From: a virus | Taxonomy: Duplodnaviria > Caudoviricetes | Direction: 5' to 3' (one strand) | DNA length: 38,396 nucleotides | Virus record (IMG/VR): IMGVR_UViG_3300012667_000552 | Span: 1-38,396 of that record | Shown: one piece after another, positions 35,942 through 38,396 of the stretch | Layout: every line of letters starts with the position of its first letter | Position numbering within the stretch: the stretch's first letter is position 1 | Translations under genes and position numbers: made by a program | Notes under the pieces: model-generated | The model's database searches: none | The model's input: only the letters and a program-made list of their open reading frames with translations | Told to the model about the DNA's origin: nothing

Positions 35942-36062
35942 CGATCTAAGTCATTGTAATCATTATATAATCCAATAATAAGAAGGATGAATACTCCGAC
36001 GGCGATAGGTCAACAGGCCGATCCGTTGTCTAATTACACTGAAAAATCCAAAATGTAAGAAA

Positions 36063-36377
36063 GGTAACAGAGGTAACAGGTAGCAGATTCAAAAAAAAAT
36101 CTGTTACCCGAAATAATAGATTAAAATCAAAGGTTTAAGCTATGTTTTTGAGTTGGTAACAGATAAAAGTGGTTTGGGACTTTTATATAATATAAAAATA
36201 TAAAAATAATAAATATAAATAAATATTATTGTTTTTCTTGTAAGTTTTCTTTTGCATTATAAAAAATCTGTTACCTGTTACCTTTTTGGTTTAACCGCAG
36301 GAATATAAAGGACTAAATCAGACAACCGATAAAACCCTAAACTGTTACAATCTGCTACCTTTGGGTTATCTGTTACC
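36063..36377. other. Candidate replication origin: iterons flanking an AT-rich core
   Basis: About 10 copies of GGTARCAG/CTGYTACC in both orientations around a near-pure A/T tract at 36181-36230. Confidence 0.7.
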
Positions 36378-36467
36378 TTTTTATAACTCACTTAATCAAT
36401 TTAACACAAAGAGACAACCCATAGCGTAATGTAAGAAATATAAAATTTACACTATTTACTTAGACCA

Positions 36468-36496
36468 TTGACAACCGTCGGAGTAATTGATATAAC
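36468..36496 (+). promoter_or_regulatory. Strong early sigma70 promoter
   Basis: TTGACA-17 nt-TATAAC with extended TG; CCGTCGG in the spacer. Confidence 0.8.
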
Positions 36497-36534
36497 TCTT
36501 CGTGTCAGACAACAAAACAACAAAGGATGAATCA

Positions 36535-36753
36535 ATGAAAGCTCTTACTCTTCTTATTTTGGTAACATTTTCTCTTAATATTTTCGCAGTAAGCATTGAC
36601 ACCGCCGGATTAGTTGATGTTGAGATTCAAGCAGTTGACGAGGCCACAACTGCCCAACTTATTGAGCTCGAACAATGTGTAATTGACAGTAATGAGACTA
36701 AAATCAATGAGACATCATGTCTTAATGAAGTTTTAGGGGATGTTCACAACTAA
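36535..36753 (+). CDS. Small exported protein (start revised to 36535)
   Basis: MKALTLLILVTFSLNIFA signal peptide; AAAGGATGA RBS; Cys pair. Confidence 0.75.
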   Translation: MKALTLLILVTFSLNIFAVSIDTAGLVDVEIQAVDEATTAQLIELEQCVIDSNETKINETSCLNEVLGDVHN

Positions 36754-36814
36754 TTTTTTATTGGAATAACAACAATTTGACTCAATTCCGAGTCAATTTA
36801 TAAAAGGACGAAAC

Positions 36815-37096
36815 ATGAAATCACTTGTAACAATCTCTCTTCTTATGGTTATCTCTCTTAATTCTATGGCATCTTCCGAAGTTCAGTTGAAAAATTGTCT
36901 TCAAAAGACTTTGACCGCCTCATCATTGGAATTAAATAGATCGGAAAAACCGTCGGATGTTTTAAAATCAATGAACCAATCAATTAAACAATGTAAGGAT
37001 GAAGTTAAATCATTGGTTAAGGCTGAAAAAGCAGCTGCCAAAAAGAATAAATTAATTGAAGCTATCAAGAAACTACAAGCAAAATTAAACGCTTAA
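36815..37096 (+). CDS. Small exported helical protein
   Basis: MKSLVTISLLMVISLNSMA signal peptide; AAAGGACGA RBS; Cys pair. Confidence 0.78.
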   Translation: MKSLVTISLLMVISLNSMASSEVQLKNCLQKTLTASSLELNRSEKPSDVLKSMNQSIKQCKDEVKSLVKAEKAAAKKNKLIEAIKKLQAKLNA

Positions 37097-37104
37097 TATT
37101 GGTT

Positions 37105-37132
37105 TACCCGCTGGAACTTAATCCAGCGGGTA
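37105..37132 (+). promoter_or_regulatory. Intergenic 11-bp stem-loop without U tract
   Basis: TACCCGCTGGA acttaa TCCAGCGGGTA just before the RBS. Confidence 0.6.
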
Positions 37133-37150
37133 TATTAAAAGGACGATGCA

Positions 37151-37345
37151 ATGAATACTCTTATTTTATCTGTTTTAATTCAAACATATTGCCAAAATTG
37201 GATTGCATCCGAATACATGAGACCTCAAACATATGAGGAGGGGGCAGAATATTATAATTGTGTGAATGATGTTACCGCTCAAGAAATATTTGAGCTTGAT
37301 AACTTAAAAACAGACGATGACGGTTTTTTACATAGCGTTTTATAA
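37151..37345 (+). CDS. Small hypothetical protein with hydrophobic N-terminus
   Basis: AAAGGACGA RBS; Cys pair. Confidence 0.68.
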   Translation: MNTLILSVLIQTYCQNWIASEYMRPQTYEEGAEYYNCVNDVTAQEIFELDNLKTDDDGFLHSVL

Positions 37346-37368
37346 AACAACAAACAAAGGACGAAACA

Positions 37369-38355
37369 ATGAAAACAACAAAAAAAGCAGCAAAAAAACC
37401 AAAATTTAAACAGGTTGAGGGTGAGATTGGTAAGGTTGAAAAAATCAAGTCTAAACATGAATTAATCACTGATAAAATTATTGAATCATTAGAGTCTAAT
37501 GTTATTCCTTGGAAAAAACCCTGGACTGCTTTAAGTCCTAAAAATTTAAGTTCAATGAAAGAATATAGGGGAATCAATCACATATTGCTTTCTATGATCC
37601 CGACAAAATACCCTTATTTCTTAACCTTTAAACAGGCTAAAGACCTTGGCGGCATGGTTTTAAAAGGATCAAAAAGTGTACCAGTGTTTTTTTATTCCAT
37701 GATTGATAAAAACGAAGATAAACCGAAAGACGATGACCACAAAACAGGGAATACTTTTTGGTTCATGAAACAATATTCAGTTTTTACCTTGGAACAAATT
37801 GACGGCATTAAATTAGATCAATTAATTGATCCAGTGATTGATTTTACGCCGGTTATGACTGCCGAAAATTTAATAAATGCTTTTTTAGATTCTCAAGGTT
37901 TAAAGGTTTACCCCGCCCAAAACGCCGCCTATTCACCGAATCAAGACCATATCGTTATGCCGCAAAAGGATCAATTCCATAGTGTAGACGCTTATTATTC
38001 TACAATCTTTCATGAAATAATCCATTCTACAGGCAGCGAAAAAAGATTAAAGCGGGCGGGTTTTTCAATTGGTGAATATCATCGTTTCGGATCTAAGGGT
38101 TATGCCTTTGAAGAACTTGTGGCCGAATTTGGGGCCGCTATGTTGGCATCATACTGCGGCGTCGATACTTCACTAGAATCGGGGCAAAATGCCGCATATA
38201 TTAAATCTTGGATGAAAAACATTAAGGAAGATCCAACAATCTGTTATAAAGCTGCATCTAAGGCCCAAGCGGCAGTTGATTTTATCTTAAAAGAGGCGGG
38301 CTTTAATGTTTTTGGACTGGCCGACGATGAAACGTCAAACAATGAGGCGGTGTAA
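37369..38355 (+). CDS. ardC: ArdC-family antirestriction protein (ssDNA-binding N-domain plus zincin-like MPTase)
   Basis: IPWKKPW, YRGIN, FLTFKQA..GG.V.KG, YYSTIFHEIIHSTG..RL.R, YAFEELVAE, AAYIKSW. Confidence 0.93.
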   Translation: MKTTKKAAKKPKFKQVEGEIGKVEKIKSKHELITDKIIESLESNVIPWKKPWTALSPKNLSSMKEYRGINHILLSMIPTKYPYFLTFKQAKDLGGMVLKGSKSVPVFFYSMIDKNEDKPKDDDHKTGNTFWFMKQYSVFTLEQIDGIKLDQLIDPVIDFTPVMTAENLINAFLDSQGLKVYPAQNAAYSPNQDHIVMPQKDQFHSVDAYYSTIFHEIIHSTGSEKRLKRAGFSIGEYHRFGSKGYAFEELVAEFGAAMLASYCGVDTSLESGQNAAYIKSWMKNIKEDPTICYKAASKAQAAVDFILKEAGFNVFGLADDETSNNEAV

Positions 38356-38396
38356 GATGAAACATTCAAAATTTTCAGTTTTTTGGTTTTATAAAC

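Noticed and set aside
36063-36377. CRISPR array
   Set aside because: Repeats are 8 bp, in both orientations and irregularly spaced
38342-38396. 55-bp terminal repeat as a biological direct terminal repeat
   Set aside because: The length matches a common assembler k-mer and it falls inside an operon, so it is best read as a circularisation overlap
1-38396. Stop-codon reassignment or a T7-like RNA polymerase system
   Set aside because: Core genes are intact under the standard code; no RNA polymerase gene or repeated phage promoter was seen

Overview
The window is an apparently complete circular phage genome of about 38,341 bp; bases 1-55 recur at 38342-38396. It is a podovirus-like tailed phage with no RNA polymerase. 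The minus-strand late module (35.6 kb to 12.1 kb) runs terS, terL, portal, scaffold, capsid, cement, T7 gp11/gp12-like tail tube, ejection proteins, two fibre/adhesin-like proteins, lysis cassette and a PD-(D/E)XK endonuclease. A plus-strand replication operon (4.05-12.2 kb) encodes an XRE regulator, metzincin, SNF2 helicase, SSB-like protein, RHH protein, family A polymerase, C5 methylase and VRR-NUC nuclease. A divergent AEP/D5-like primase-helicase sits at 1483-3816. An early operon crosses the junction (36.5 kb to 1.25 kb) with three small exported proteins, ArdC and a small serine resolvase. An iteron-type origin candidate lies at 36.06-36.38 kb. Signal-peptide and XRE style hint at a Bdellovibrionota (Bacteriovorax-like) host, which is inference only. 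The best candidate for a new system is an unannotated ~72-nt two-hairpin RNA (about 3900-3972) with its own sigma70 promoter and terminator. Its loop region is complementary to an unusual AAAGGA(C/T)G ribosome-binding motif found mainly on early and replication genes. Together with resolvase, iterons and the lack of an integrase, this suggests RNA-controlled, possibly plasmid-like lysogeny. Also notable are a strongly over-represented CCGNCGG/CCGCNGG motif, a Cys-rich fibre-like protein with a Sec signal peptide, and an ART-like insert in an ejection protein. All counts and alignments were done by eye.
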